A model generated the notes under the pieces. It did no database searches, was not told where the DNA came from, and saw nothing but the letters and a program-made list of their open reading frames with translations. Positions 19,086 to 29,405 of a stretch of DNA of 64,000 bases are shown piece by piece (position 1 is the first letter of the stretch; each line of letters begins with the position of its first letter). Source of the stretch: Cryomorphaceae bacterium (lineage in GTDB: Bacteria; Bacteroidota; Bacteroidia; Flavobacteriales_D; SKUL01); assembly GCA_007695365.1 (NCBI GenBank), contig REDV01000073.1, positions 15,004 to 79,003 of the forward strand, written 5' to 3'. The translations under genes and the position numbers were made by a program.

Positions 19086-20512
19086 GAGGGTACTACTTCT
19101 CCTTTGAGTGTTGCTGCTGTACAGTCGTTTACTTTCACGTGGATGTAAGAGCCTTTCAGAAAATCTCCCTTGGGAAAGACCACCATGGCATTTTGTGAAT
19201 TGCGGCCGCACCATTCCGCATCCGATTTTTTGGACGGTCCTTCAACCAGCACTTCAAAAGTCTTGCCCACCGCACGCTCGTTGCTGGCTTTTCCGTTTTC
19301 CAACTGAAGCGCAATGATTTCTTCCAACCGGTGCTGTTTTACTTGCTCGGGCACATCGTCTTCAAATTTTCTTTCAGCCAGGGTTCGTGGACGCTCAGAA
19401 TACTTGAACATGTACGCAAAATCGTAGGCTACATCTCGCATCAGGCTGATGGTGTCAGCGTGTTCCCCATCTGTTTCACCACAAAAGCCGGCAATAATAT
19501 CTGTGCTGATGGCGCATTCAGGCATGATGCGACGGATGGCAGCAATCCGGTCCAGGTACCATTCGCGACTGTACCCGCGGTTCATACGCTTTAGCACCGA
19601 TGTGCTGCCCGACTGCACCGGCAGGTGGATGTACTTGCATATGTTGTGGTACTTTGCCATGGTTTCGAGCACATCGTCGGTCATGTCTTTTGGGTGACTG
19701 GTTGAGAAACGAATGCGCATTTCGGGAACAGCAAGGGCAACTTTTTCGAGCAATTGGGCAAAGTTTACCGTGGGTTGTTCGGGGTCAATTACCTCATTCT
19801 TTTTGGTGATGTTCCATCGGTAGGAGTCAACATTCTGCCCCAGCAGTGTTACCTCGCGATAGCCTTGGTCAAACATGTATTTTGCCTCGTGCACAATGGT
19901 TTCAGGGTTTCGGCTTCGCTCTCTGCCCCGCGTAAACGGCACCACACAAAAGGAGCACATGTTGTCGCAGCCACGCATGATGGAGATAAATCCGGTTACT
20001 CCGTTCTGGTCGAGGCGCACCGGGCTGATGTCTGCGTAGGTTTCTTCTCTTGAGAGCAGCACGTTCACCGCCTTTTGTCCGCTTTCTACCTCACCGATGA
20101 GGTTAGGAAGGTCGCGGTAGGCATCAGGGCCCACTACGAGGTCAACAATTTTTTCTTCTTCCAGTAAGGTGGATTTGAGCCGCTCGGCCATGCATCCCAA
20201 AATACCCACCACCAATCCCGGCTGCCGTCGTTTTCTCGCATGGAAGTGGTGCAGTCGGTTGCGTACTCTTTGCTCGGCATTATCGCGAATGGAGCAGGTG
20301 TTAATGAGCACAACTTCGGCTTCCTGTTCATCGCGGGTGGTTGAATAGCCCGCGCCGGTCAATATGGATGCCACGATCTCGCTGTCCGAAAAATTCATCT
20401 GGCAGCCATAGCTCTCAATGTAAAGCTTTTTTCCGTTATCCGGTGTGTGGTCAAGGGTGGTTGCTTCTCCCTGACGGCTTTCGTCAATCACTTTGGGTTG
20501 CGGGTCAAACAT
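19082..20512 (-). CDS. miaB: tRNA-i6A37 methylthiotransferase MiaB
   Basis: It has the UPF0004 domain [10 protein letters not shown], the radical-SAM [11 protein letters not shown] and a TRAM-like C-terminus. The start is set at 20512 (MFDPQ...) because a -7 box overlaps the more upstream ATG. Confidence 0.9.
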   Translation of the reverse strand: MFDPQPKVIDESRQGEATTLDHTPDNGKKLYIESYGCQMNFSDSEIVASILTGAGYSTTRDEQEAEVVLINTCSIRDNAEQRVRNRLHHFHARKRRQPGLVVGILGCMAERLKSTLLEEEKIVDLVVGPDAYRDLPNLIGEVESGQKAVNVLLSREETYADISPVRLDQNGVTGFISIMRGCDNMCSFCVVPFTRGRERSRNPETIVHEAKYMFDQGYREVTLLGQNVDSYRWNITKKNEVIDPEQPTVNFAQLLEKVALAVPEMRIRFSTSHPKDMTDDVLETMAKYHNICKYIHLPVQSGSTSVLKRMNRGYSREWYLDRIAAIRRIMPECAISTDIIAGFCGETDGEHADTISLMRDVAYDFAYMFKYSERPRTLAERKFEDDVPEQVKQHRLEEIIALQLENGKASNERAVGKTFEVLVEGPSKKSDAEWCGRNSQNAMVVFPKGDFLKGSYIHVKVNDCTAATLKGEVVPS

Positions 20513-20540
20513 GATATGGCTGGCAAAAAGTTTAGGCCTG

Positions 20541-20548
20541 CAAAGGTA
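20541..20548 (-). promoter_or_regulatory. Candidate -7 promoter box TACCTTTG for miaB
   Basis: This is an exact TAnnTTTG match on the minus strand, 28 nt upstream of the ATG at 20512. Confidence 0.3.
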
Positions 20549-20735
20549 CATATTTTTGACCTTGATCCTGACATTGTGGCAGTGCGGGATTGGGTTCAAA
20601 GAGTAGAAAATTTTGCTAAGTTAGGTTTCACATTTTCAACGATGTATAAAAAAACTTTGGAAACGCTGAAGTGTTTTGCCTTACTTTGCAGCCTTCACGG
20701 ACCAAACAATCTCGCCCTGAAAGGGTATTGTAGCT

Positions 20736-23138
20736 ATGGCAAAAAACCTTGTAATTGTTGAGTCGCCCGCAAAGGCAAAGACCATTGAGGGCTACCTCGG
20801 AAAGGATTTCACCGTGAAGTCCAGTTATGGTCATGTGCGTGATCTGGCGTCGAAAGACCTGTCTATTGATATTGAAAACGGATTCAAGCCTGTTTATGAG
20901 GTGTCGTCCGATAAAAAGGCTTTGGTCAGCGAATTGAAAAAACTGGCCAAAAGTGCTGAGGTGGTTTGGTTAGCAACGGACGAGGACCGTGAGGGAGAGG
21001 CCATTTCGTGGCACCTGAGCGAAACCCTCGGGCTTGACGACAACAAAACCAAGCGAATTGTTTTCAACGAAATTACCAAGACGGCCATAGAGCGCGCCAT
21101 TGCCAATCCTCGAAAGGTAAACCAGGACCTGGTGAACGCGCAACAGGCCCGGAGGGTGTTGGATCGATTGGTGGGATACGAGATTTCTCCTATTCTGTGG
21201 AGAAAAGTACGGCCATCGCTTTCTGCCGGGCGTGTGCAATCGGTTGCAGTGCGACTCATCGTGGAGCGTGAACGCGAAATTCAGGATTTTAAAAGTAGCA
21301 GTTCATACCGCGTGGTTGCAAAGCTCGAAACACCGGCGGGCTCTGCTTTCGAAGCCCAGCTTGCCAAGCGCCTGAACAAAGAAGAAGCTGCTGCCTTGCT
21401 TAATGTATGTAAGGGTGCTGATTTCTCGGTGACAGATGTGGAGAAAAAGCCAGCGGTGAAAACGCCGGCTGCTCCATTTACCACGTCCACTCTTCAGCAG
21501 GAAGCCAGCCGAAAGCTCGGTTATTCTGTGGCACAAACCATGCAACTCGCTCAGCGTCTGTACGAAGCGGGTCACATCACCTATATGCGAACTGACTCAG
21601 TGAACCTGAGCGATACAGCCATTCAAGGTGCGCAAAAGGCCATACTGAATATGTACGGTGAAGATTTTTCGAACCCTAAGAAATACGCTACTAGAAATAA
21701 GTCGGCGCAGGAGGCTCACGAAGCCATTCGCCCCACAGACCTGAGCAAACCTGCGGTTCAGGCTGAAGCCCGTGAGCAGCGCTTGTACGATCTTATATGG
21801 AAGAGAACCATTGCCTCGCAAATGACCGAAGCCCAGCTGGAGCGCACTACGGCCCGCATCAGTATTTCGGGTTCAGGTGAGGAATTGGTAGCCAGGGGTG
21901 AGGTGCTCAAGTTTGAGGGATTTCTGAAGGTTTACCTCGAAGGCCGCGACGACGAGCCCGAAGAAGAAGCCAAAGGAATGTTGCCTGCTCTGCAAACAGG
22001 CCAGTCATTGAAACTTCAGGAGATGACCGCCACCGAGCGCTTTACACAGCACCCTCCGCGCTACGCCGAAGCCAGTTTGGTGAAAAAACTGGAGGAACTT
22101 GGCATTGGACGCCCGTCAACCTACGCACCCACCATCTCAACCATTCAGAAAAGGGGTTACGTTTCAAAAGAATCACGCGATGGAACCACACGCAAGTACG
22201 AGTTAATTCGCCTTTCAGGTGGTGAGGTAAAGGAAGAGCAGCACACTGAGAATACGGGTGCTGAAAAAAACAAGCTCTTTCCTACCGACATCGGGATGGT
22301 GGTGAACGACTTTTTAATAGAGCACTTTGCTCAGATTCTTGAGTACAATTTCACCGCAGATGTAGAAAAGGAGTTTGATGAGATTGCGCAAGGCGAAAAG
22401 CAATGGGATAAGATGATTGCGGGTTTCTATAAGCCATTTCACCACCTCGTAGAGCAAACCCTGGAGCACTCTGAGCGCGCCACAGGAGAGCGTGAGTTGG
22501 GTACAGACCCCGCCTCAGGAAAGCGTATCATTGCCAGAATAGGAAGGTATGGCCCTATGGTGCAAATTGGCCAAAGCTCCGACGAGGAAAAACCGCGGTT
22601 TGCGTCGCTGCTCAAAGACCAAAGCATCTCAACCATTACGCTTGAGGAGGCATTGAAATTATTCCTGCTTCCGCGCAAACTGGGAACATACAAAGGACAA
22701 GAAGTGGTTGCGGCCATCGGACGATTTGGTCCTTTTGTGCGCCACGGAAAGCTCTTTGCCTCTATCCCCAAGGATCTTGATGTGAATGTGTATGAGATCA
22801 CGCTCGATCAGGCTGCCGAACTGATTGAAGCCAAAATGGAGCAAGAGCGAAACCGCATGATCAAGACCTTCCCTGAAAACGAGGACGTACAGGTGCTGAA
22901 CGGGCGGTTTGGACCTTATATCAAGATTGGTAAGGATAACTTCAAAATTCCGAAGGACTTGGAACCGGCCTCGCTCACCCTTGACCAGTGCCTCAAGATT
23001 GCCGAAGAAGCTCCCAAAACCGCGCGCCGTGGTAAGTCAACCAAAGCTGCGACTTCGAAAGCTGCCAAACCAAAAAAGGCGCCGGCCAAAAAGAAACCGG
23101 CGGCAAAGAAAACAGGAAAGACCTCTGCAAAGAAGTAA
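20736..23138 (+). CDS. topA: DNA topoisomerase I with lysine/alanine-rich C-terminal tail
   Basis: It has Toprim LVIVESPAKAKTIEGYLG and DEDREGEAISWH, and the active-site region HITYMRTDS. The C-terminus carries repeated topo-I C-terminal-type modules (GRYGPMVQIG, GRFGPFVRHG, GRFGPYIKIG). The last ~40 aa are KAAKPKKAPAKKKPAAKK-like. Confidence 0.97.
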   Translation: MAKNLVIVESPAKAKTIEGYLGKDFTVKSSYGHVRDLASKDLSIDIENGFKPVYEVSSDKKALVSELKKLAKSAEVVWLATDEDREGEAISWHLSETLGLDDNKTKRIVFNEITKTAIERAIANPRKVNQDLVNAQQARRVLDRLVGYEISPILWRKVRPSLSAGRVQSVAVRLIVEREREIQDFKSSSSYRVVAKLETPAGSAFEAQLAKRLNKEEAAALLNVCKGADFSVTDVEKKPAVKTPAAPFTTSTLQQEASRKLGYSVAQTMQLAQRLYEAGHITYMRTDSVNLSDTAIQGAQKAILNMYGEDFSNPKKYATRNKSAQEAHEAIRPTDLSKPAVQAEAREQRLYDLIWKRTIASQMTEAQLERTTARISISGSGEELVARGEVLKFEGFLKVYLEGRDDEPEEEAKGMLPALQTGQSLKLQEMTATERFTQHPPRYAEASLVKKLEELGIGRPSTYAPTISTIQKRGYVSKESRDGTTRKYELIRLSGGEVKEEQHTENTGAEKNKLFPTDIGMVVNDFLIEHFAQILEYNFTADVEKEFDEIAQGEKQWDKMIAGFYKPFHHLVEQTLEHSERATGERELGTDPASGKRIIARIGRYGPMVQIGQSSDEEKPRFASLLKDQSISTITLEEALKLFLLPRKLGTYKGQEVVAAIGRFGPFVRHGKLFASIPKDLDVNVYEITLDQAAELIEAKMEQERNRMIKTFPENEDVQVLNGRFGPYIKIGKDNFKIPKDLEPASLTLDQCLKIAEEAPKTARRGKSTKAATSKAAKPKKAPAKKKPAAKKTGKTSAKK

Positions 23139-23150
23139 CAAGCGAGCAAG

Positions 23151-24320
23151 ATGAGCGTGGCCGACCTTTCTATTTACATGCAGCCCCCCAAAGGTCTGCC
23201 GGAAGATTTGAAGCCTAATTCGCTTGGTAAGTTGGTAGATGTTTACCGCGATGAATTTCCTGATTGGCAGGATGCCCATATAGCCCTTATCGGTGTTTGT
23301 GAGGAACGCGGTGCCATCAATAATGAAGGGTGTGCCAACGGCCCCGATGCTGTGCGGCCATATCTGTACAAACTCTTTCCCCCATCCGGTGCGCCTGTTA
23401 AGTGGTGTGATTTGGGAAATATTCATGCGGGTAGTGATGTCAAAGACACCCATTTCGCATTGAAATCGGTGGTGAGTGAATTACTCCGGCATAAAGTTCT
23501 ACCTATTATTATCGGCGGAAGCCAGGATTTAACGCTTGCCAATTTCTCAGCCTATGAGTCGTTGGAGCAAACCATCAATGTATTGGGTGTAGACAGGATC
23601 TTTGACCTTGGGCAGGATGAGAATCGTCTGCACGCAGAGTCATACCTTAACCACATTATCCTGCATCAACCGAATTTCCTTTTTAATTACAGCAACATCG
23701 GCTACCAGACCTATTTCCTTTGCGAAACTGAGCTTGAGCTGATGAATAAGCTGTATTTCGACACCTATCGCCTGGGCCTCTTTAAAGGCAATATGGCTGC
23801 CACAGAGCCAATCATTCGAAATGCCGACCTTGTGAGCTTCGATATGTCGGCTATCCGGCAGTCAGATGCTCCCGGTTGCGGAAACAATGGCCCCAATGGT
23901 TTTTACGGTGAAGAGGCGTGCCAAATGTGTCGGTACGCGGGCATGAGTGATAAGTTAACCTCCATCGGGTTTTACGAGTTCAACCCGACATTGGACAGAA
24001 ATGGGCAAACCGCCCATCTTCTTGCCCAAATGATATGGTGCTTGTTTGACGGGTACTATGCGCGCAAGCACGACTTCCCCTTCAAGGACGAAGAAAAGTA
24101 CTACCGTTATCAGGTGGTAGTGAATGATGCCGATCACGAATTGATTTTTTTCAAAAGCAAGGTATCTGATCGCTGGTGGATAAGTGTACCCTTCCCCCCC
24201 GGAGGGCGTGCCCGCTATGAAAGGCATCACCTTGTGCCCTGCGCCTATGAAGATTACCAGACGGCATGCGCCAACGAAGTGCCAGATATTTGGTGGCTCA
24301 CCTACCAGAAGATAAGCTGA
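23151..24320 (+). CDS. Arginase/formimidoylglutamase (HutG)-fold protein, probably catalytically degenerate
   Basis: HutG-like blocks are present: ALIGVCEERGAINNEGCANGPDAVR, PIIIGGSQD, VLGVDRIFDLG and LVSFDMSAIRQSDAPG. The canonical GGxH, DAHxD and DxD metal-ligand positions read Q, I and S at three sites. Confidence 0.7.
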   Translation: MSVADLSIYMQPPKGLPEDLKPNSLGKLVDVYRDEFPDWQDAHIALIGVCEERGAINNEGCANGPDAVRPYLYKLFPPSGAPVKWCDLGNIHAGSDVKDTHFALKSVVSELLRHKVLPIIIGGSQDLTLANFSAYESLEQTINVLGVDRIFDLGQDENRLHAESYLNHIILHQPNFLFNYSNIGYQTYFLCETELELMNKLYFDTYRLGLFKGNMAATEPIIRNADLVSFDMSAIRQSDAPGCGNNGPNGFYGEEACQMCRYAGMSDKLTSIGFYEFNPTLDRNGQTAHLLAQMIWCLFDGYYARKHDFPFKDEEKYYRYQVVVNDADHELIFFKSKVSDRWWISVPFPPGGRARYERHHLVPCAYEDYQTACANEVPDIWWLTYQKIS

Positions 24321-24465
24321 AGTCATACTTCCGAATTGCAGTAATCCACGTCCGGACTGTGGAAAAATTTTTGGTTGTTTGGGAATTTCTTTATTTTAGC
24401 CCCTGTTTCTAAGGGAAACGAAGCCAAATATAAACTGTTAACCTGCGATAAATCAGCTCAATAGC

Positions 24466-25398
24466 ATGAAGAAACTATTACTAGCCTTCATAGGCCTGTT
24501 CCTTGTTTGTGGTGCTTATGCACAGCAAGACCCACAATTTACCCAATTTATGGCCGACAGACTTTCCATCAATCCGGCTTTTGCGGGTAGCAAGGATATG
24601 ATTTGTGGTACCTTTTTGTACCGCAACCAGTGGGCAGGTTTTGATGGGGCACCAAAAACCTTTTTGATCAATGGTCATGCCCCCATCCGATCCATAAACA
24701 GTGGTATTGGTTTTACCTATTACAACGATGTTATCGGGCAATTAAATACGAACATTTTACGTGCTCACTACTCATACCATTTGAAGGTGGGGCAAAATTT
24801 CCTGAATTTCGGAGCTTCTGTAGGGATGTTCAACAGTGCTATAGGAACCGACTGGGTGGCGATTGACGGGGTGGAGAACGACCTGTCCATTCCGCTTATC
24901 CAGCAAAGTAACACGAAATTCGATGCTTCATTTGGTCTGTACTTCCATCGGCCCGGAAAGTTTTATGCTGGTTTGTCATCAACGCACCTCTCCCAGGGGC
25001 GTATGTTTGATGTGAACATTGAGCTCGCCCGCCACTATTACCTTATGGGAGGCTATATCTTTGATTTGACTCCTGCGTTTAACCTGGTTCCGAATATGTT
25101 GATAAAGACCGATCTGGCCTCCACCCAGTATGACGTGAACCTCAATGCAGAGTACACCACAGGCAATAATATGATTTGGCTGGGCGTTACTTATCGCACA
25201 GTTGACGCAATCGCACCGCAGCTCGGTTACCAGACCGAAATTGGAAAGAGCATTTTGAGAGTGGGGTATTCCTATGATATCACAACTTCTCAACTCGCAA
25301 ATTACAGCAACGGAAGCCACGAAATAATGGTGAACTTCTGTTTCAAAATAGAGAAACCGCTACCGAAGGAAATTCACAAAACAGTGAGATTCCTGTAA
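24466..25398 (+). CDS. porP: Type IX secretion system membrane protein, PorP/SprF family
   Basis: A signal peptide is followed by QQDPQFTQFMADRLSINPAFAG, typical of PorP/SprF. The protein is ~310 aa and beta-rich, and sits directly upstream of gldK as in porP-porKLMN. Confidence 0.75.
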   Translation: MKKLLLAFIGLFLVCGAYAQQDPQFTQFMADRLSINPAFAGSKDMICGTFLYRNQWAGFDGAPKTFLINGHAPIRSINSGIGFTYYNDVIGQLNTNILRAHYSYHLKVGQNFLNFGASVGMFNSAIGTDWVAIDGVENDLSIPLIQQSNTKFDASFGLYFHRPGKFYAGLSSTHLSQGRMFDVNIELARHYYLMGGYIFDLTPAFNLVPNMLIKTDLASTQYDVNLNAEYTTGNNMIWLGVTYRTVDAIAPQLGYQTEIGKSILRVGYSYDITTSQLANYSNGSHEIMVNFCFKIEKPLPKEIHKTVRFL

Positions 25399-25489
25399 TG
25401 TAACTAAACCGCAAAATTTCCGTACAAAACGGTTCGGGTTATTAGTTGCAAGGACCTGTGTTGTGAGGAAATTTTAAAACCATAGAGAG

Positions 25490-26845
25490 ATGAAACAGAC
25501 GCTCTTTTTAATGGCAGTTTTCGCCGCGCTGCTTTTCAGTAGTTGTGGCGGAGGAAACAGGGGGGAACTCGTGGGTGTGCAACCACGCGAGGATTTTGTT
25601 CAATACAACCCCTATGGTATGAACTACATCCACTTCGGGAGCTACGTTATGGGCCCCAACGATCAGGATGTGCCATACGCCATGAACAGTAAAAGCAAAA
25701 CGGTGACTGTAGGCGCGTTCTACATGGACGACACTGAAATTTCCAACAACGAGTACCGTCAGTTTGTTTACTGGGTGCGCGACTCAATTGCACACATGCG
25801 ACTGGGCGAGGCTGGTATCGGTGAACACGTTTTCGAAGAAGATGCATACGGAGAGGAACTCTATCCTCCCATCATCAACTGGCGTGAGAAAATTCGCTGG
25901 AATGATGAGGAGGAGCGTGAAGAGCTCTTCGACATGTTCCTGCCCGAACACGAGCGCTTTTATCGCCGCAAGGAGATAGATACACGTAAACTTCTGTTCG
26001 AGTACTACTGGATAGACCTCAAAAGTGCGGCGCGAAAGTCAGGCAAAGACAATGACCTTTCTTTTACCAATCAGTTGGGGCAAACCCACTCCATTCGTGG
26101 GCACGTGGATCGCTCGCAGTTTATTATTCGTGAGGTAATACCTGTGTATCCTGACACGTTGTGCTGGATTCACGACTACACTTACTCCTACAATGAGCCC
26201 CTCACTGAGGCGTATTTCTGGCACCCTGCCTATGATGATTATCCCGTAGTGGGAATTACCTGGGGGCAGGCCAAAGCATTTAATGTTTGGCGCTCGCAAC
26301 TTTTGGATACCTGGAAGTTTCGCAACGGTGAGACCTATGTGCACAAGTTCCGCCTGCCAACAGAGGCTGAGTGGGAGTACGCGGCGAGAGGTGGAATCAA
26401 CCTGAGTCTGTACCCATGGGGAGGCCCGTACATCCGAAACCGCCTGGGATGTCCGTTGGCCAACTTCAAGCCGCTACGTGGAGACTATGTGGATGACGAT
26501 GGATTACATCCCGTGAACGTACGAAGCTACGAGCCGAACGGCTACGGTTTGTATTGCATGGCCGGAAACGTGGCTGAGTGGACCAGCACGGCTTACGACC
26601 CATCGGTTTACGACTTTTCGCACGATATGAACCCGGAGTATCAGTACGACTCAAAAACAAACGACCCCCCTGCACTCAAGCGTAAGGTGATTCGCGGCGG
26701 GTCCTGGAAAGACATTGAATACTTCCTGCAGTGTGGTACGCGTAGCTACGAGTACCAGGATACTGCGAAGTGTTACATCGGATTCCGCTCAGTAATGAGC
26801 TACCTGGGAAGAGGTAAAACTGGGGATCCAAAAACCTGGAACTAA
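25490..26845 (+). CDS. gldK: T9SS/gliding lipoprotein GldK (PorK), FGE/SUMF1-like fold
   Basis: It has the lipobox LLFSSCGG and FGE-sulfatase-like blocks GAFYMDDTEISNNEYRQF, WRLPTEAEWEYAARGG and VIRGGSW. It is first in the gldKLMN order. Confidence 0.9.
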   Translation: MKQTLFLMAVFAALLFSSCGGGNRGELVGVQPREDFVQYNPYGMNYIHFGSYVMGPNDQDVPYAMNSKSKTVTVGAFYMDDTEISNNEYRQFVYWVRDSIAHMRLGEAGIGEHVFEEDAYGEELYPPIINWREKIRWNDEEEREELFDMFLPEHERFYRRKEIDTRKLLFEYYWIDLKSAARKSGKDNDLSFTNQLGQTHSIRGHVDRSQFIIREVIPVYPDTLCWIHDYTYSYNEPLTEAYFWHPAYDDYPVVGITWGQAKAFNVWRSQLLDTWKFRNGETYVHKFRLPTEAEWEYAARGGINLSLYPWGGPYIRNRLGCPLANFKPLRGDYVDDDGLHPVNVRSYEPNGYGLYCMAGNVAEWTSTAYDPSVYDFSHDMNPEYQYDSKTNDPPALKRKVIRGGSWKDIEYFLQCGTRSYEYQDTAKCYIGFRSVMSYLGRGKTGDPKTWN

Positions 26846-26908
26846 ATCAAGGACTCAATTTTTCAATCAATAACTAACATCAATCAAAATCTAAAACGCT
26901 AGGGAATT

Positions 26909-27682
26909 ATGAAACCAGGAAGTAAAGGATGGAAGAAGTTTATGGCCAAGCTGTATGGCTGGGGTGCCGCAATTGTTATTTTGGGAGCACTCTTCAAAAT
27001 TCAGCACTGGCCCTTTGCGGGTGTCATGTTAACCGTAGGGCTGTCAACAGAAGCAGTCATCTTCTTTTTCTCGGCATTCGAGCCGATTCACGAAGAGCCG
27101 GATTGGGGTTTGGTTTACCCCGAGCTTAACACTGGCGAGCGCGCTGAGCACAGTGACGAAGAACCTAAAGGTTCTATCACCGAACAGCTCGACAACATGC
27201 TCGAAGAGGCTCGAATTGAACCGGAACTCATAGCCAGTTTGGGTGAAGGTATGCGTGCTCTAAGCACACAGGCCGGTAAACTGAGCGAGATCTCCGATGC
27301 CTCTGTAGCTACCAATGAGTATGTAGATAACCTTCGCGGTGCTTCAAGCCGTGTGTCTGAATTGTCAGATTCTTACGCCCGTGCCTCTGAATCATTGGTG
27401 GGCCTTTCTTCTCAGGCAGAGAGTGGTTCCGCAGCTGGTGAACATCTTCAAAAAATGGCCGGGAATCTTGCTCGTTTGAACGAAGCATACGAGAGTCAGT
27501 TTCAGGAACTGTCTAAAACGCAAGGTTTGTACGCTGGAATTGGTGAACTTCTGACCAATCTTAACGAGTCAGTTGAAGATACCAAAAAGTACAAAGAGAA
27601 TATTGCAGCCCTGAGCAACAACCTTGCTTCACTCAATACTGTTTACGGAAACATGTTGTCGGCAATGACCATCAACAGGTAA
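26909..27682 (+). CDS. gldL: T9SS/gliding motor protein GldL (PorL)
   Basis: Two N-terminal TM helices (YGWGAAIVILGALFKIQHW, VMLTVGLSTEAVIFFFSAFEP) precede a coiled cytoplasmic tail. The position is between gldK and gldM. Confidence 0.85.
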   Translation: MKPGSKGWKKFMAKLYGWGAAIVILGALFKIQHWPFAGVMLTVGLSTEAVIFFFSAFEPIHEEPDWGLVYPELNTGERAEHSDEEPKGSITEQLDNMLEEARIEPELIASLGEGMRALSTQAGKLSEISDASVATNEYVDNLRGASSRVSELSDSYARASESLVGLSSQAESGSAAGEHLQKMAGNLARLNEAYESQFQELSKTQGLYAGIGELLTNLNESVEDTKKYKENIAALSNNLASLNTVYGNMLSAMTINR

Positions 27683-27720
27683 GTTTCTTATTTCTAACCT
27701 AATCTAAACGAATTTAAAAG

Positions 27721-29394
27721 ATGGCTGGAGGTAAAGAAACACCGAGGCAGAAGATGATCGGTATGATGTACCTTGTACTCACGGCTCTTCTGGCACTGAA
27801 CGTGTCAAAGGAGATCCTTGACGCATTCGTACTGATCAACGAAGGTTTGGAGAATACCAAAGTAACCTTCAAACAAAAGATTGACGAGCAATACGCGAAG
27901 TTTGAGGCTTCTTACAGTGAAAATCCCGCGAAATACCGGGAGAACTGGGAAAAAGCCAAAGAAGTGCGCGAGATGGCCAACGAAATCACTGAACAAGTAG
28001 ATAAAATCAAAGCCCACCTGATATCCAAGGTAGAAAAAATCCCAATGGATCAGGTCATCGCGAGCAATGGTCGTGGTCAGGATACCGTGCTTTCACTTCA
28101 ATACGTGAAAATGAAAGATAACTATGATATCAGTACGGAGGTTTTGGTAGGTGAAAACGCAGGTATGCCGAGAACATCGCACCCTGATGGAGATTACCTT
28201 GCCGCTGCCAATCTGCGTAAGAATCTCGAAGACTTTCGTGAAAGACTCAAAGAGCTTTTGGATGGGCAGATGCCCGTTTTGGCAGACAACTTTGATCGTA
28301 CCTTTGATTTCTCAGATCGGCGAGATGCATCAGGAACCATGAGTACATGGGAAGGCATGAACTTCTATTACATTCCGCTGGCGGCTGTAATAACCAACTT
28401 GTCTAAAATCCAAACCGATGTGCGAAATGTTGAGGCGGATATGGTTACCTGGTTGATGGCCGATGTCGATGCAGCTTCATTTAAGTTTACCAAGCTCGTG
28501 CCCATTGCAATCCCTCAAACCAATTACGTTCTTCAGGGTGATACCTTTAGGGCGGATGTGTTTCTGGCGGCCTATGATGATACCAACTTTCCGGCTGTGG
28601 AAATTGGTGTAGATCAGTCTGTTCAGCACGATTCATCTACCACATCGCTCATTGGAGAATCAGTAGATGTTCCTATTGGCGATGACGGTTTTGCCAAGCT
28701 GCGTATTCCTGCAGGTCAGGTAGGTTTCCAAACCTGGAAAGGTCTGATTCGCTTTAAAGGCCCGCAAGGGGAGATTCCCTTCTTGTTTGATGTGAACTTT
28801 GAAGTAGCCAAACCATCTTTGGTGGTATCTCCAACCAAAATGAATGTGTTCTACCGCGGTTTGGATAATCCAGTGGACATTTCTGTCCCCGGATTCTCCG
28901 CCGAGAAAATTAAGCCCAGCGTTACCAATGGTGCACTGAGCCGCACCAGCGAAGGATGGGTTGTAAAACCCGGGCAGGGCGCTGAATGCGTAATCAGTGT
29001 GAGCGTTGAAATGGATGATGGTAGTTCCAAGCCCATGGGAAGCATGACTTTCCGTTGCAAGAATGTGCCCAAGCCTACTCCAACATTTGCCGGTTTGAGC
29101 ATCGGAGATACCCGCATCGAAAAGGCCAAAGCTGTAGCCCAAATTGGGGTAGGAGCCAAAATGGAAGACTTCGTGTTTGACCTGCAATACCCGGTGGTTT
29201 CTTTTGACCTTACCACCATCATGCGCGGAGAGGCCATCACACGCAAGTCGAACAGCAACCGCCTTACTGACGAGCAGAAACAAATGCTTCAGAATGTAGC
29301 GCGAAATCAGAAAATACTCATTGAAAACATCAAGGCAAAGGCTCCTGACGGGAGTGTAAATCCAATCGGAAACTTGTCCTTTACGGTGTACTAA
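27721..29394 (+). CDS. gldM: T9SS/gliding motor protein GldM (PorM)
   Basis: The N-terminal R-Q-K-M-I-G-M-M-Y-L-V-L-T-A-L-L-A-L-N-V-S TM anchor is typical of GldM. A long periplasmic region follows, and synteny supports the call. Confidence 0.85.
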   Translation: MAGGKETPRQKMIGMMYLVLTALLALNVSKEILDAFVLINEGLENTKVTFKQKIDEQYAKFEASYSENPAKYRENWEKAKEVREMANEITEQVDKIKAHLISKVEKIPMDQVIASNGRGQDTVLSLQYVKMKDNYDISTEVLVGENAGMPRTSHPDGDYLAAANLRKNLEDFRERLKELLDGQMPVLADNFDRTFDFSDRRDASGTMSTWEGMNFYYIPLAAVITNLSKIQTDVRNVEADMVTWLMADVDAASFKFTKLVPIAIPQTNYVLQGDTFRADVFLAAYDDTNFPAVEIGVDQSVQHDSSTTSLIGESVDVPIGDDGFAKLRIPAGQVGFQTWKGLIRFKGPQGEIPFLFDVNFEVAKPSLVVSPTKMNVFYRGLDNPVDISVPGFSAEKIKPSVTNGALSRTSEGWVVKPGQGAECVISVSVEMDDGSSKPMGSMTFRCKNVPKPTPTFAGLSIGDTRIEKAKAVAQIGVGAKMEDFVFDLQYPVVSFDLTTIMRGEAITRKSNSNRLTDEQKQMLQNVARNQKILIENIKAKAPDGSVNPIGNLSFTVY

Positions 29395-29405
29395 AACCCG
29401 AGGCT

